Source of the DNA: the human T2T-CHM13v2.0 reference genome, Homo sapiens
Reading direction: 5' to 3' (one strand)
NCBI RefSeq assembly: GCF_009914755.1
Contig: NC_060942.1
DNA length: 64,000 nt
Position numbers and translations under genes: made by a program
Notes under the pieces: generated by a model
Database searches by the model: none
Seen by the model: the letters and a program-made list of their open reading frames with translations, nothing else
Told to the model about the DNA's origin: nothing
Shown here: in pieces, positions 40,540 to 54,187 of the stretch
Layout of the letters: each line of letters opens with the position of its first letter
Numbering within the stretch: the stretch's first letter is position 1

Positions 40540-42230
40540 AATTTGTAAACAATATAGAAAAAGAGGAAACGAACCAAACTCTTTTTATGAGGCTGGTATA
40601 ACTGTGATATGAAAACCAGAAAAGTACTACAAGGAAAATTACAGTGCAAATCTGTTCATGAATGCTAGTACAAAAATCTCACAATACCAGCAAACTAAAC
40701 CAGCAATATACACACACACACGTGCACGTATGCGTGTAAAAAACATATCATGATATCATGACTGCTTGGTTTAGCGTAATATTACAAAAACTAATTCGTT
40801 TAATACATCCCATTAATGTATTTTTAAAACTGTGATTACAAACTTATTAAACACCTCTGATCACTCCCATAGATAATGAAAAAGGGTTCACTGAAATTTA
40901 ACATGAATTTATTGTTAGAAAATACTTAGCAAACTATTATACAGTGGAAGTTTACTAATCCAAGAAAGGATGGCTTAAAAAAAAAAAAAAAGCCTTTGCA
41001 AGCAGAAATCATGTTAATGGAGAAATGTTGGAAGCATTTTTTAAAAAGATGTGGAAGAAGATGTTAATGCCCTCAATCACCAGTTAGTATTATTAGAAGT
41101 CTTTCTTAGGTTTTGCAGTACTACAGTAAATAAAGAACATTTATTTATTGGAAAAAGGAAAAGCATTGTTGTCAATTGTGTATGTGTTTGTGAAGAAAAC
41201 GAATCTATACATAAAATAATAGAAACAATAAGAATTTAGCAATGTTGCCAAACACGAGATTACTATAGAAAAGTTCAGGCTAGAGCAGTGGCTCACGCCT
41301 GTAATCCCAGCTCTTTGGGAGACCGAGGTGGGCAGATCACTTGAACCCAGGAGTTCGAGACCAGTCTGGCCAACATGGCGAAACCCCAGCTCTACTAAAA
41401 ATACAAAAAATTAGGCAGTCGTGGTGGTGCATGCCTATAGTCCCAACTACTTGGGAGGCTGAGTCGGGAGGATCGCTTGAACTCAGGAAGTCAAGGCTGC
41501 AATGAGCCAAGAGTGCACCATTGCCCTCTAGCCTGGGCAACAGGAGTGAGACTCCATCTCCAAACAAAAGAATGAAAAGTTTATTTCACACCAACAAGGA
41601 ATACTTAGAAAATATAATGCAAAAAGAAAAGATACCATTCGTAATAGCAATGGCAGTCATAGACTACACATAGGAATATGTTTATCAAAAGATTTACTGA
41701 AATTCACGAAAAAATCTTGAGAGAGAAATGGATAGGAAAGTCAATATCATAAGAGTATCAATTCTACCCAAATTCATATATAAATTCAGTGCATTTCCAA
41801 TTGAAATCTCCACAGAATTTTCTTTGAGAGACTGTACAGGCCGATTCTAGCATTGATACGGAACTGTAAAAAGAAAAAAAATAGTTGGGATGCTTCTGAA
41901 GAAGAATCAGATCTAAGGGGGCTTGCCTTACTAGGCGTCAAGACTTATTTTAAAGCTGTGTTAATTATGGCAGTGGTATATTGATGCAGGAATTCACAAA
42001 TAGACTAGTGAAACAGGGTAGGGTCTAGAAACCAGCTCATTTTTGTATGTAATCTTGATTTATGACAGAGCAGTCACTCATAGTTACAGCAGAAGAAAAA
42101 GGGACCATTACATAAATAGTGGTGGAACAACTGGTTATCCATAGAAGAAATAAATGAAGTTGGATACTTACTGTATATCATAGTTAAAATCAGTCCCTTG
42201 AAGATTAAAGTCTTAAATATAAAAAACAAA
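40540..42230 (+). mobile_element. Old L1 ORF2 fragments
   Basis: ctttttatgaggctggtataac; atatataaattcagtgcatttcca; aagacttattttaaagct. Confidence 0.72.
41278..41570 (+). mobile_element. Alu (AluJ-like)
   Basis: Dimeric consensus. Confidence 0.93.
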
Positions 42231-42243
42231 AAAAAAATTTTTT

Positions 42244-42425
42244 TAATTAGTTGAGTGTGGTGTTATGTGATCCCAGCCGTGGTCCCAGCTACTCAGGAAG
42301 CTGAGGTGGGAAGATCACTTGAGGAGGTCGAGGCTGCAGTGGCCCCTGATTGCACTACTGCATTCCAGCCTGGGTGGTGACAGAGTAGTGATACCCTGTT
42401 TCAAGGGAAAAAATAAAAAATAAAA
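42244..42425 (+). mobile_element. Alu right-arm fragment
   Basis: gtggtcccagctactcaggaagctgagg...cattccagcctggg. Confidence 0.85.
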
Positions 42426-42507
42426 ACACTTACTATACAATTGTTCTGTAGTTGGCATTAAACAGGAATGTTTTGAAAGATTTCTTAACTTGCTTTTATG
42501 ACATCAG

Positions 42508-42678
42508 GAGAACAGTGGTGTGTCCCATCATCGATGTGATCAGTGATGATACTTTTGAGTACATGGCAGGCTCTGATATGACCTATGGTGGGTTCAACTG
42601 GAAGCTCAATTTTCGCTGGTATCCTGTTCCCCAAAGAGAAATGGACAGAAGGAAAGGTGATCGGACTCTTCCTGTCAG
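42508..42678 (+). CDS. GALNT1: GALNT1 exon 6
   Basis: Acceptor acatcag; [57 protein letters not shown]; donor AG|gtaatt. Confidence 0.97.
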
Positions 42679-44664
42679 GTAATTAATTTGTCAGACATTT
42701 TGCCTAAAGTGTTATTGGCAGAAGGTTGTGGAGCTTTGGGAATCATATCAAATGGATAAGTGTATTTTGAGAAACGTGAAGCATTCGTATACCTTATGGT
42801 AGTTAACAGCCATCTTTCACATATGTGAGTGTTTTAAAGAAGGATTTCTCCTCTAATAAAATTAGAAATTTTTGCTTATTCTATAAATCTAGTGCACATG
42901 AGAAATGATGACATGCGTGTTTTTTCATTCCTTTATGAACATTTTGCAAATGCGTCAGATCTGTACTTTAATTCAGTTATTAAGGATAATAATACTTAGC
43001 TTAATTAATTGTGTCAGTATGTGAAGATACTACCTAAAACTGGGTCCTTGCATTAAAATGTACAATTTTAAATTCAGACTTGTACCATCTGGATGACAGT
43101 TATTGACTGGTAAAGTTAGAAAAGCTTGTGTAAAACATAAAAATAGCTAGAATTGACACAAAATATAAAAAAATTCATTAATCCATTTATTCTCTGATTT
43201 TTTTTCTCTACTTGGTCATATATAGATTTTTTTTTCAGGATGGAATAAAAATCTTCATGCTCTTTTTAGAACATGAAATTGAGACCTTTGAGCTCTTCTG
43301 AGCCATCCTAGAATTTAGCCCCATTGTACCGACCTGCTACTTCTGTATTAAGAGTTCCTTCAGAACCAGGCTTCAGCTTTTCTGTTTTTGGGCCTCCTGC
43401 GTCTGCCTTCCCTTGAATTCAAGTTCAGTTCTGGCAACACTGAAGAGATTTTCCACTGACTGTGTGCTTTTTTCCTTAGCCTGAGTTCTTAGTAGTAGTA
43501 GTGCAAGGGACTTTTCTTCTCTTTAGCTGTTAGTGCAATTCACTATCTAAATCAGGGGTTCCTAAACATTTCAAAAATGACAAAATTTTTTGAAAATCTG
43601 GTGAAAGCTATGGGTCTTCTCTAATGGAGAAAAATGCACATGTACATGCAGAAGATTTAGCACACAAAAAACTCAGGTCAAGAAAACCCTGTATTAAATG
43701 ATAATTCTGAATTTTGGCTGTTTCTTTTAAATCCTTTTCTCATTCTTTTTTTCTTCTAAAATCAAAATAAGTCCAAACCTTTTTTGGAAACAACTGTTTC
43801 CTCTGGAAAGGCAATGAGTACATTTTAGGGTTCATCTTAAAATATAATCTTCGTGGTATCTTTGGTCCCTGTAACTTATTTTTTTCTCCTGGTTGGAGTT
43901 TACTTTTTCTCCATACTTGTTCTTTATAAAAATCAAATGGGCTGATATTCATTTATTTAAATCTTCCTTCATTTCTTAATAATTTCTCTGCTTAATTTCA
44001 CATGTTCCCACTCCCTTTGCATACCTGAGCCCTATTTTGATGAATTAGACTCCTCTTTTGCAGAAAATATACCACACAGTCAGGAAGGAACATATTGATT
44101 TTATTCTATATTTTGTCTCCTCTCCTTAAAGATTTCTAGTGGGTATTAGGAAAAGACCTCACTGTTTCCATCCAGTTTATCTTATGTATTTATACTATTT
44201 GCCACCCTTTAGAACATGGCATGGTAACTCTAACCTCAATCTACTTGGTTAATATAGTCAACTGCCTTGAAGTTGCTAGGATCTGTGGAGTGGGTGCACA
44301 GTCAGATGGAGAGGATTGTGAGGAACAGCTTTAATTTAAGGAGTTTGAGATCTAAACTCAGTTAGGACCTGAGGGCCAAGAAAGATAGAAAGTACTCTTA
44401 GGACTGTGACAGAGAGGGATGTCTGGGCAGAAGCATGACACAGCAAGTCTAGCAGTCAGCATGACCATGGTGCAGGTCATGTGTGAAGACCAAATAACAC
44501 AGCATAAAACACAGAAAGCCCCTGGGGCGTATGAAAGTTTATGAAGAGTGTGAGAATAAGTACTTACTCAGTAGTTATAAATAGTTATGAAACAGCTTTT
44601 AAAAACAAAAACTGATTGATTGTAAATTTTAAATTGCTAATGGTATAGCATTATTGAATTTCAG

Positions 44665-44782
44665 GACACCTACCATGGCAGGAGGCCTTTTTTCAATAGA
44701 CAGAGATTACTTTCAGGAAATTGGAACATATGATGCTGGAATGGATATTTGGGGAGGAGAAAACCTAGAAATTTCCTTTAGG
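44665..44782 (+). CDS. GALNT1: GALNT1 exon 7: Gal/GalNAc-T motif
   Basis: Acceptor atttcag; [39 protein letters not shown]; donor AGG|gtaagt. Confidence 0.97.
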
Positions 44783-46292
44783 GTAAGTTCCCTTAAAAAA
44801 ATTTAATCTTTTATTTAACTTCAAGTATAGATGTGCATTGATTATTCATGTATCTCTACATAAAAAATAAAAATTGAATTTAATACAAGTTTAATGTAAC
44901 TTCAGAGCCTTCAGTCCATAAAAAGGACTGATAGTAAGGGTTCATTATAAACTATTGAAGCAAATAATTTAGTTACCTTTGAAGTTCAGCTATAAAACTT
45001 ACACAAGATTCCCTAGTTGTTTTTAATTTTTATTATTTTCAAGGAAGTAATTTAAGCTCTAAAAGCTAATATATAGTTTGGATATGCTACTTTGCTGCTT
45101 TACTCTCAAAAACATAAATTTCACATTTAAACATAAATTTCACATTTTGTAATATGCTTTTTATTTTAGTGTGAAAATTTTTTTTATATAAAACCTAGTC
45201 ACTTTACCAGCTTTATATTTTTCAATAAAAATGCGAAAGAATTCTAAAATGACTCTAAATTAATTTAACCCAGTCTACATATAAAGTCTTTGCATTTCAT
45301 GTTCACTAGAATCAACATATCGTTTAAATGGCATTGCATATTTTTGCAAATAACCAACTTTAGACACATAGCTTATTATAGTGGAAATCACACTGACGTG
45401 TACTGTAATCTGAACCAGCGAGCTCACTTTGTTCCCAGTGAATCGCTTTGCCTTCTTGTCAAAGAGAGGGTTGGACTCAATATCACCTTGGAGATCCTAT
45501 CCAGCTCTAACACTTATAATCCTGGGAAAACTTGAAGGTAGGAACACTGAATATTTAACAAAATCAGAACTTTCCAAAATGTTATTTTAATTATAAAGAG
45601 TTATGAGATTTTTAACTTGGTGGGGGGAATGTATTTTGAAAGAAACAGAAGGATTTCATTAAATTAAGGATGTAAGCCCATACTTGATCATCTTTCTTCT
45701 GCCCCTTTTTTTGTTTTTATTGTTCTAACAAAGACAACAAAACATGCTTTTACTGTCTCACTGAAGAACTTACAATGGATCTAGTTGAGATTCCTAGGTT
45801 CTGTTTCATGTACAAGCCGTGACGCAGGTTTGGAGAGGGGTGAACAGATGAGCATCTGGCTGGTTACTCCATGGTCAGGTTTTGTTTGGTGGTTGTTTTT
45901 AACCATGAGCCACATTAATAAATACATTATACATTCTGCACACACAAAACATAAAATTTAAACATTTTATGAAACAGTATGTCCTTGTTAACAAGTACAG
46001 GTTGCAATTCATCAATTTGAATTTATGATTCTCTTAGGTATAATGGCCTGCAGTTAGAAAAATACTGCTCTAGATCCCATATCTTTTCTGTATTTAGCCT
46101 TTAACCTATGTTTTCTTTATTTTAATCTTCAACTTTTGGTTTGATCAGAACCCAAATTAGAGAAATGTTTCTCTTGAGGAAGCACTGGCTTTGTAACCTA
46201 ACCATACAGCCGGAGCCCATCATGTGCCCCTGATTTTGCGAAATTCCAACTGTGGAACCCAATAGATGTCAATACTTTTTTAAAAACTATCA

Positions 46293-46410
46293 ATGTCATA
46301 TATGGTCTTTGCTGTTATTTTCAGATTTGGTAGTATGGAGGTACTTTGGAAGCTTTTTACCAGTAACTACAATATGTTCCATTTAAGTTTAAACAAAAGC
46401 CAAACCCCTA
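46293..46410 (+). pseudogene. Decayed partial duplicate of exon 8 (pseudo-exon)
   Basis: 46318-46351 matches 46497-46530 at 31/34 nt and translates IW*YGGTLE versus IWQCGGTLE. Outer limits are uncertain. Confidence 0.85.
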
Positions 46411-46503
46411 TTTAATTGAAAAGAAAAATACTATGGGAAAACTAAGGTGAACATTTCCTGATTACTCAGCTACATGTTACATGGTCATCTCTGCTGTTTT
46501 CAG

Positions 46504-46684
46504 ATTTGGCAGTGTGGAGGAACTTTGGAAATTGTTACATGCTCACATGTTGGACATGTGTTTCGGAAAGCTACACCTTACACGTTTCCAGGAGGCACAG
46601 GGCAGATTATCAATAAAAATAACAGACGACTTGCAGAAGTGTGGATGGATGAATTCAAGAATTTCTTCTATATAATTTCTCCAG
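46504..46684 (+). CDS. GALNT1: GALNT1 exon 8: third metal-ligand His and flexible loop
   Basis: Acceptor gttttcag; [60 protein letters not shown]; donor G|gttagc. Confidence 0.97.
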
Positions 46685-47672
46685 GTTAGCGTTGTTTTGC
46701 ATTAGAAATACAAGGCTGTACCTTTGTTGACCCTGATCCTGGAGGAGAAGTAAGAAGGTTAGAAGTGAAGCTTTGAGCAGAGGTGAACACCTGCCTCATA
46801 AGGTCATTGTAAGGAATGAATGAAATCACACACAGTATAGAAAGTGCTTGGCAGAATGCCTAGAATAATATATAATTAACAGTAATAAATTATCCAGGTC
46901 AGTGTTGCTAGCCCAGGTTTTGCAGATGTTCTATTTTTTTTAAAACCTAACTGCAACATTTAGTATTTATTCCTGTGAAGTTTCATCTTGTTAAATTTTC
47001 AGCCATTTTTCTAGCTTATATGACTTTTTCTTGATTCTTGGAGTTTTCATTCAACATAACAAAACCACTGTTTTTGCAGTGGGTCATGAACGTTCTCTAT
47101 AAGCAGGCCCTCAATGCTGTCATAGGAGGCTTTCGTCAAGTATCACAAGGCCACTGAGAGCCCAAAACGTGCCACAGGGCCTTCTTTCCGGAAACTTTGC
47201 TATTCAGAGTTTTGTAGGAACAGTTGTTCCATCAGCTATAAGTCGGCCTGACATTGTTACTAGTCCATCCTTATTTTTTAGTTACTGCAAGACTGTCAAG
47301 TGGCAGGGTGCACAGTTCAGTGAGTTGTGTGAGAGAAGCCTGACTGCAAACAATTGCTCTGTTTAATATTTGAGCAAAATAGACCTTGATTTTTTTGTTT
47401 GTGCCTTAACATATATTGAAGTTTACTGATCCCATATCACTTATATTTCATTCTCACATAAATGTCATTTTTCTCTGAAAAATTAAAACACATTTTAATG
47501 TATTTTCCTTGCTTTATACTTTTGGTGGATTCATGGTGTCTCCACTTGTATAGTCACATATCACCCAGCTGATACCACTGTTCTGATTCATCTGGCTTAT
47601 TAGATTCAATATATAAACATGTGTTACCTAAAACAACACTAATAATTCAGAGTCAATTATTTCTTTCAACAG

Positions 47673-47812
47673 GTGTTACAAAGGTAGATTATGGAGATAT
47701 ATCGTCAAGAGTTGGTCTAAGACACAAACTACAATGCAAACCTTTTTCCTGGTACCTAGAGAATATATATCCTGATTCTCAAATTCCACGTCACTATTTC
47801 TCATTGGGAGAG
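47673..47812 (+). CDS. GALNT1: GALNT1 exon 9: end of catalytic domain and linker
   Basis: Acceptor ttcaacag; [47 protein letters not shown]; donor GAG|gtaaga. Confidence 0.97.
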
Positions 47813-48404
47813 GTAAGAAATATATATATATATATTCTATGTGGTTATTATGTTCTTACTTTTTTATTAAAAAAAAATAGGAGTTAGTTAAACTTCCAAT
47901 AAGGAAAGTACCTTCATGTTAACATTTAACTTCTCTTGCTTCCTTCCTCCTTCTTACCACGTAAGTCTAAACTATATTCTTTTTTTCCCATTCCTCCTCC
48001 CTGAAAGTTGATTTCCACTGAGTTGATGCGCCTGGAGATAAGCTGTGTACTGTGGGGTCTGTTTTTCCCTATTCTGTCTATAGTGATGTGTTTCCTAAAC
48101 AGACTGCACCATCTGCAATTGTGGATCTGTAAAATCTGTATATATATTAAAAAAAAAAAGACTTCTTTGCAGGTCTTTGTGAACTTGTAATTATAAGATG
48201 GCTTTTAGAAAAAAATATGAAGCCAAGTAGGGAAAGAAATCCAACCTTTTTGTGATAGAAATCAATAGAAGGACAATATTTCCTTTTATAAGTCACAGCA
48301 GCAAATGATGATATGTGTAGACAGGGCCACAAGCAGGCCTACCCCAGGATTAAATCTCAGGAAAAGTGGCCTCCCACTCTGAAGAAGGTTGTCACTTCTT
48401 CAGT

Positions 48405-51080
48405 CCTTTCATTCATTCAACAAATATTTGAGTACCTCTAGTATATGACAAGTACTGTTTTAAGTACTAGGAATACAGCAATAAGTAAAGCAGAGATCCT
48501 GCTCTTGTTGATCTTACAGTCCATGAGTAAGACAGATTATGAAAGGCACACAATATGTCAGGTGGTGGTAAGGGCAGAAGGGATAGAGAATGACTGACAA
48601 GTGAGCGTGGGTAGTAGTACTGTTTTATGTAAGGAAGTTGAAAGAGTACGGAAGTTGAAAGAGTCCTGTCAAGGTGATTTTGAGCAGAGATCTGAAGAAA
48701 GTGAATGAGCAGGTCATACGAGTTTTTAGGGAAAGAGTATTCTGGGCACAGGGAAGAACAAGTATAAAGGTTTCTAAGATGACAATGTACTTAGCGCGTT
48801 CCAGAAACAGCAGGGAGACCAGTTGTCTGGAATAGAGTGAACAAGGTGGAGAGTAGTAGAAGATAAGGTCAAAGACAAAGTGAGGGTCAAATCATATAAA
48901 GCTTTTAGGTTATAGTGAGAACTTTGCATTTTGCATTTTATTCTGAATCAAATGGAAGCTATCGAAAGATACCAGCAAACTTCCACTAGAAAAGGATCAC
49001 ATTGTATGCTATGTGGAGAAAAACTATATGGAAACAGGAGTAGAGCTGGTGTATTGTTGAAGAGAGTAAAGGATTATGTCAGGTTTCTATCAAGCTTGAG
49101 ACACTGACTGTAAAGTTGCCATTACTGAGATGGGAAAACCTACAGGAAGAGCAGATGCTCAAGGGAATCAACAGTAGTTTGGGACACATCAAATTTGAGA
49201 TCCAAGTGAAGATATGAATAGGTCTTTACATTTAAGAATATTCACTTTGGGGGAGAGGTTGTGATAGAGATGTTAACTTAGGTTGTCAGCATATAGGATG
49301 GTTTTTAAAGCCACAAAACTGTATGAGGTCACCTGAGGAGGAGAAAATGTTAAGTATGAGAGAGAAGACCGAGGACAATGCCAGAGGGAATGCCACAGTT
49401 TAGAAATCATGGAGATGAGAAGGAATCAGCAAAAAAGATTGAGAAGGAGTAGGCAGTGAAATAGGAGAACCTAGAGAGTGGTGTCGCCAAGACTAAGGGA
49501 AAGACGTGTTTCAGGAAAGAGGAAGTGATCAGCTGTATCGAATACTGCAGAGAAATTGAGGAAGATGAGTACTTAGAATTGGTTATTGCATTTGGCTAGG
49601 GACATGTTATCAGTAGCCTATCTCACAGTGTTGAGAGAGTTCCCCATGGATGTTGTTAAAAACTCTGTTTTGAAGAGAGAATGGAAGAAGCAACATAGAT
49701 GAATGTGTACAAGTCTTGCAAGGAATTTTCTTGTAAAAGAGAGAAGATAAATAGGTGGTAGCTGGAGGAGAATATGGGCTTAAAGGGGTTTTTATTTCTT
49801 TATTAAGATAAAACTGTGCTGATATGAGCAACCCAAAAGAGAAAATTTAAAGATGCAAAAGAAAGAGCCAACTTAACACCCATTAGAATGGCCACTATCA
49901 AAAAAACAGAGAATGACACATGTTGGCAAGGATACTGAAAAATTGGAACCCTTGTGCATTGTTGGTGTGAATGTAAAATGGTACAACTGCTATTTAAAAA
50001 TAGTATGGAGGTTTCTCAAAAAATGCTCAAAAAAGAGAACTACGATATTATCCAGCAATTCCACCTCAGGGTATGTATCCAAAGGAAATGAACGCAGGGT
50101 CTGAAGAGTTACTTTTACTTACATGTTTATAACAGCACTATTCACAATAGCCAAGAAGTAGAAGCACTCCACGTGTCCGTTCATTCTGGCCCAGCTAGCA
50201 ATGCTTAGGCATTGTCCAAAATTGGGTCAGTTCAAAGTAAAAAACTCCTCCTTCTTGGTTCTAAAGACAAGCTACAGAGTGACTGCTATAAATCGTGATA
50301 CAACGTACAATGGAATATTTTTCAGTCTTAAAAAGGAAGGAAATTCTGATACATGCTACAACATGGATGAACCTTGAGGACCTTATGTTAAGCATAATAC
50401 GACAGTCACCAAAAGAGAAATGCTGTATGATTCTCCTTATATAAGGCAGCTAGAATAGTCAAACTCATAGAAACAGAAAGTAGAATGGTGGTTACCAGGG
50501 CTGAGGGAAGGGCCTAAAGAAGAGTTACTTCATGGGCATAGAGTTTCACATTTGCAAGATGAAAAAGTTCTGGAGATTTGTTTCACAACAGCCTGAATAT
50601 ACTTAACACTACTAAACTGTACACTTGAAAACAGTTTAGATGGTAAATTTTATGTTATGTGTTTCTGCACCAGAATAAAAAGAAAGAAGGGATCTGTTGT
50701 TATGGGTGTCATGTATTTGGGTGGATAGGAGGTGAAATCTGTACACAAGTAGAGGGTGTTGGGTGGGGGTGGGAAGAAGAGAGGTCATCTCTTATCATGG
50801 GGAGGAAGGTAGAGGAATGGGAACAAGTGCAGGGCAGCTGTAGGTTTGGAGGTGGAAACTGGCAGTTTGTGGTGGAAGTGTGAGGACCTTCTCTTCTGGT
50901 GGCTTGTTTCCTCAGTTGAACACAAGATTATGGGCTGAGAGTGAAGAAGGTGTTGGTGAGGGGGAATTGGGGAAAGAGAAAAGGATGTAAAATAGAAATG
51001 TAAGATAAGGGAAAGCAAGTAGATCACTGAAGGAAGCCAGATGGTGGAGAGTTGGTGAAGCCATCTGGCCTGGTGTTTTC
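48405..51080 (-). mobile_element. Long L2 remnant split by an L1 insertion
   Basis: Begins ttcattcattcaacaaatatttgagtacc (L2 3' end, antisense); purine-rich body. Confidence 0.78.
49870..50675 (+). mobile_element. L1MA/MB-like 3' end
   Basis: cacccattagaatggccactatcaaaa...catgctacaacatggatgaaccttgag...gatggtaaattttatgttatgt. Confidence 0.88.
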
Positions 51081-51457
51081 TTCAGTGCCAGGGCAGGCAC
51101 AGACTTACGCATTTATCCTAACAGTTACTAAGGCTACTTCAGGATTGACTTGAGCTCCCTACCTCTGAACCTTGTTGTGATTTAAGGAATTTGTTTTCAA
51201 ACAAGTGAGGGCTACATTGAGTTTCTTGAGCCTTTCATTCTCACTGATGCCTCATTAATGGGAATGTGTTTTCCTTTGCTGTGACCTCGTACTGGTCAAA
51301 GAAGGCCCAGGGTGAGTGGTGCGCCAGGGAAAGATTTCTAGCAGTCACTCTGCAGCTTGTCTTTAGAACCAAAAATGAGGAGTTTTTTGTTTTTGTTTTG
51401 TTTTTTTTGAGCTGACCCAATTTTGGACAATGCCTAGGCATTGTTAGCTGGGCCAGA
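50185..51457. repeat. Dispersed inverted duplication: 50185-50288 versus 51339-51457
   Basis: Reverse-complement alignment gives 6 substitutions plus one length change in a T-rich run. Confidence 0.95.
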
Positions 51458-53627
51458 GTTTGGGCGTGTGACAAAGAAACACTTGTCTGCTCCATGGTAG
51501 ATGACTGCCAAGGCAAGCTTGCGTCTTACCTGCCTCTTGCCAGCTGGCTTCTGGGCAAGTCGCAGCGTTTACCCTCTGTGGCCTGCTTGTTATCGCCTTA
51601 TTAACTTAACAGCTGGCCTTAAGCCTTGTACGCCCTTAATACCAGGCCACATCCTACAGGTTAAAAGTGTCATTTCTAGATTGGAGGTCATTCTTAAGAG
51701 TACCCACCATAGTGCAGCCCAGGGATCTTATGCTTCTGATCACAGCTTCACCCATGTGAGCCTTCCTTTGCTAGCAACAGTAATTTAGCCTTTCATAGAT
51801 CTCTTCTCATGCTTCAAGGGTCCAGGGAAACCTGAAATCATAGGATTTTTCAGCAGAAAGGGAAATCAGAAAATGTAAATATGACTAGGGTAATAGATAT
51901 AATTTAGAGCATCTGGCTTCAGCTAACGCTGACGTTCGTAGTTCCTGTAGGACCTGAACAAATGTGTTTCATTGTGGTATCTGATAGTTGTTAACTCAGG
52001 AGCTGAGTATTCTAAACAACAAAAAGTAAACAATCTAGACCTTTACTGGTTTAGTCAGTTTTAGGGGCTGACCAATTGCTTTTCCAGGCAGATCTAATAA
52101 TCCTAACATTTACTGAGCATGTACTTTATGTCAAGCACAAATCTGAATGCTTGATGAATATTAAAGCACAACACTATAGGATTGTGCTGTTATTTCCACT
52201 TCACAGATAAGTAAACTGAGACACAAATAAATGGTTTAAAAAACACGGCTAAACTCACAACCATCTGGTTTGAGAGCCTGTGCTGTTAACCCCTAATGTC
52301 CGTATTCTTTCTCAAATCTAACCAGTATTTCCCTTGCAGCAGAGAGTAGAAAAGTGAATCCAGATTCACTAATGCTAGATTATAAAAATGGTTTAACAAA
52401 GCTCTTACATTGTCCACCCTAATGGAGATACTGATTCTGGAGGAGACTAATAGTAGAAACAAAGAAACTTAAGCTCTAACCTCTTGCCTGGTTTTCCAAG
52501 AATGGGTGCATTCACAATTATTTTCAATTCCTAATGTCAAAAATAGTAGTTTTAAAGTGGCAGTCAGGTACAGCTAAGTTGCTACTTCCAAAGGGGGGTT
52601 GAAGAGTTGCTGGGTCTGTGGATAAAGGAAAGAAAACCAACGGTTACTGTGTGCCTGCTATGTATCTGTCCCTGCTAGAGCCTCTGTATGTATTATCTCA
52701 TTTAGAGCACTTAACAAACCTGAGAGAGAGAGAGATTTATCCCTGCTTTACCAATGAGAAAGGGTTCTTATAGCAGTGTTTTTAATTCTGTGTTGTAAAT
52801 AATATTGATATCTGATGTCCCCAAGGTGCTCAATTAGAAAGGCGAAGTGCTGGGGAGAAGGAGGTAGATTTTGAGGTCAAATATGTTTGGGCAATACTAT
52901 TTTACATCTTACATCCATCTGTACCACCATTCCCCGGTCCTACCAATAGTCATGATATATTAAAAGGCTTTGAGAAGTCCTTCAACAAAGAAACCTATTT
53001 AAATTTATTTAACTAGTATTTCCCAAACATATCTGATCATAAAACACCTTTTTTATTGGGGCACCTTGCAAGATGCTGTTCTTCAGATTGTGGTTTTTGG
53101 AATCACAGTCTTAGAGTAAATAACCTGCCCAAGGTCTCATGGCTAGTCAGGAATGAAGCACCATCTGCATGTCCCCACAATCTAAACTCTCACCCCTACA
53201 GACACTTTGAAAGTGTGGATATTCACACACTGTAAGTCAGACACTGCTGTGATTCAAGTAGAAAAGTTTGTTTCTAACAGCTCCTCACCCTTTATGATAC
53301 TCTCAGTTTGTACATCGTTTCTAGATTGTTTTGGCTTGATTCAGTGGCGTGCCTGGCCACGTAAGGAAAGATGAGTTAATCAGCCATAAACAATTCCTAT
53401 GAAGAGGACCATTAACCCACTGATCTTTCCCCTTGAAATAACTTAGATCTCCTAGGATTTACACTGTTTCAGAAAGTACAAACCAAACTTGGGCACTTTC
53501 CACGTGACTTTCATAGGGTGGCCAATGGTGTGAGAACTTGGGTTTATTAGCATGTTGTGCAACTTTTCCCATCGTTGGCAAGTAGCTCCTCACAAATGGT
53601 GGAAGATTTTCTCCTATGTGTCAGCAT

Positions 53628-54152
<525 letters not shown>

Positions 54153-54187
54153 GACATTAACAACTGCTGTTTTAAAACAGCCAACAC

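Noticed and set aside
45110-45148. Short tandem duplications (aaacataaatttcacattt x2; similar near 26980, 48633, 56981 and 57460)
   Set aside because: Ordinary two-copy slippage events; no repeat-spacer periodicity, so not CRISPR-like.
46612-46617. AATAAA inside exon 8
   Set aside because: Explained by Asn-Lys codons; no evidence of use as a polyadenylation signal.
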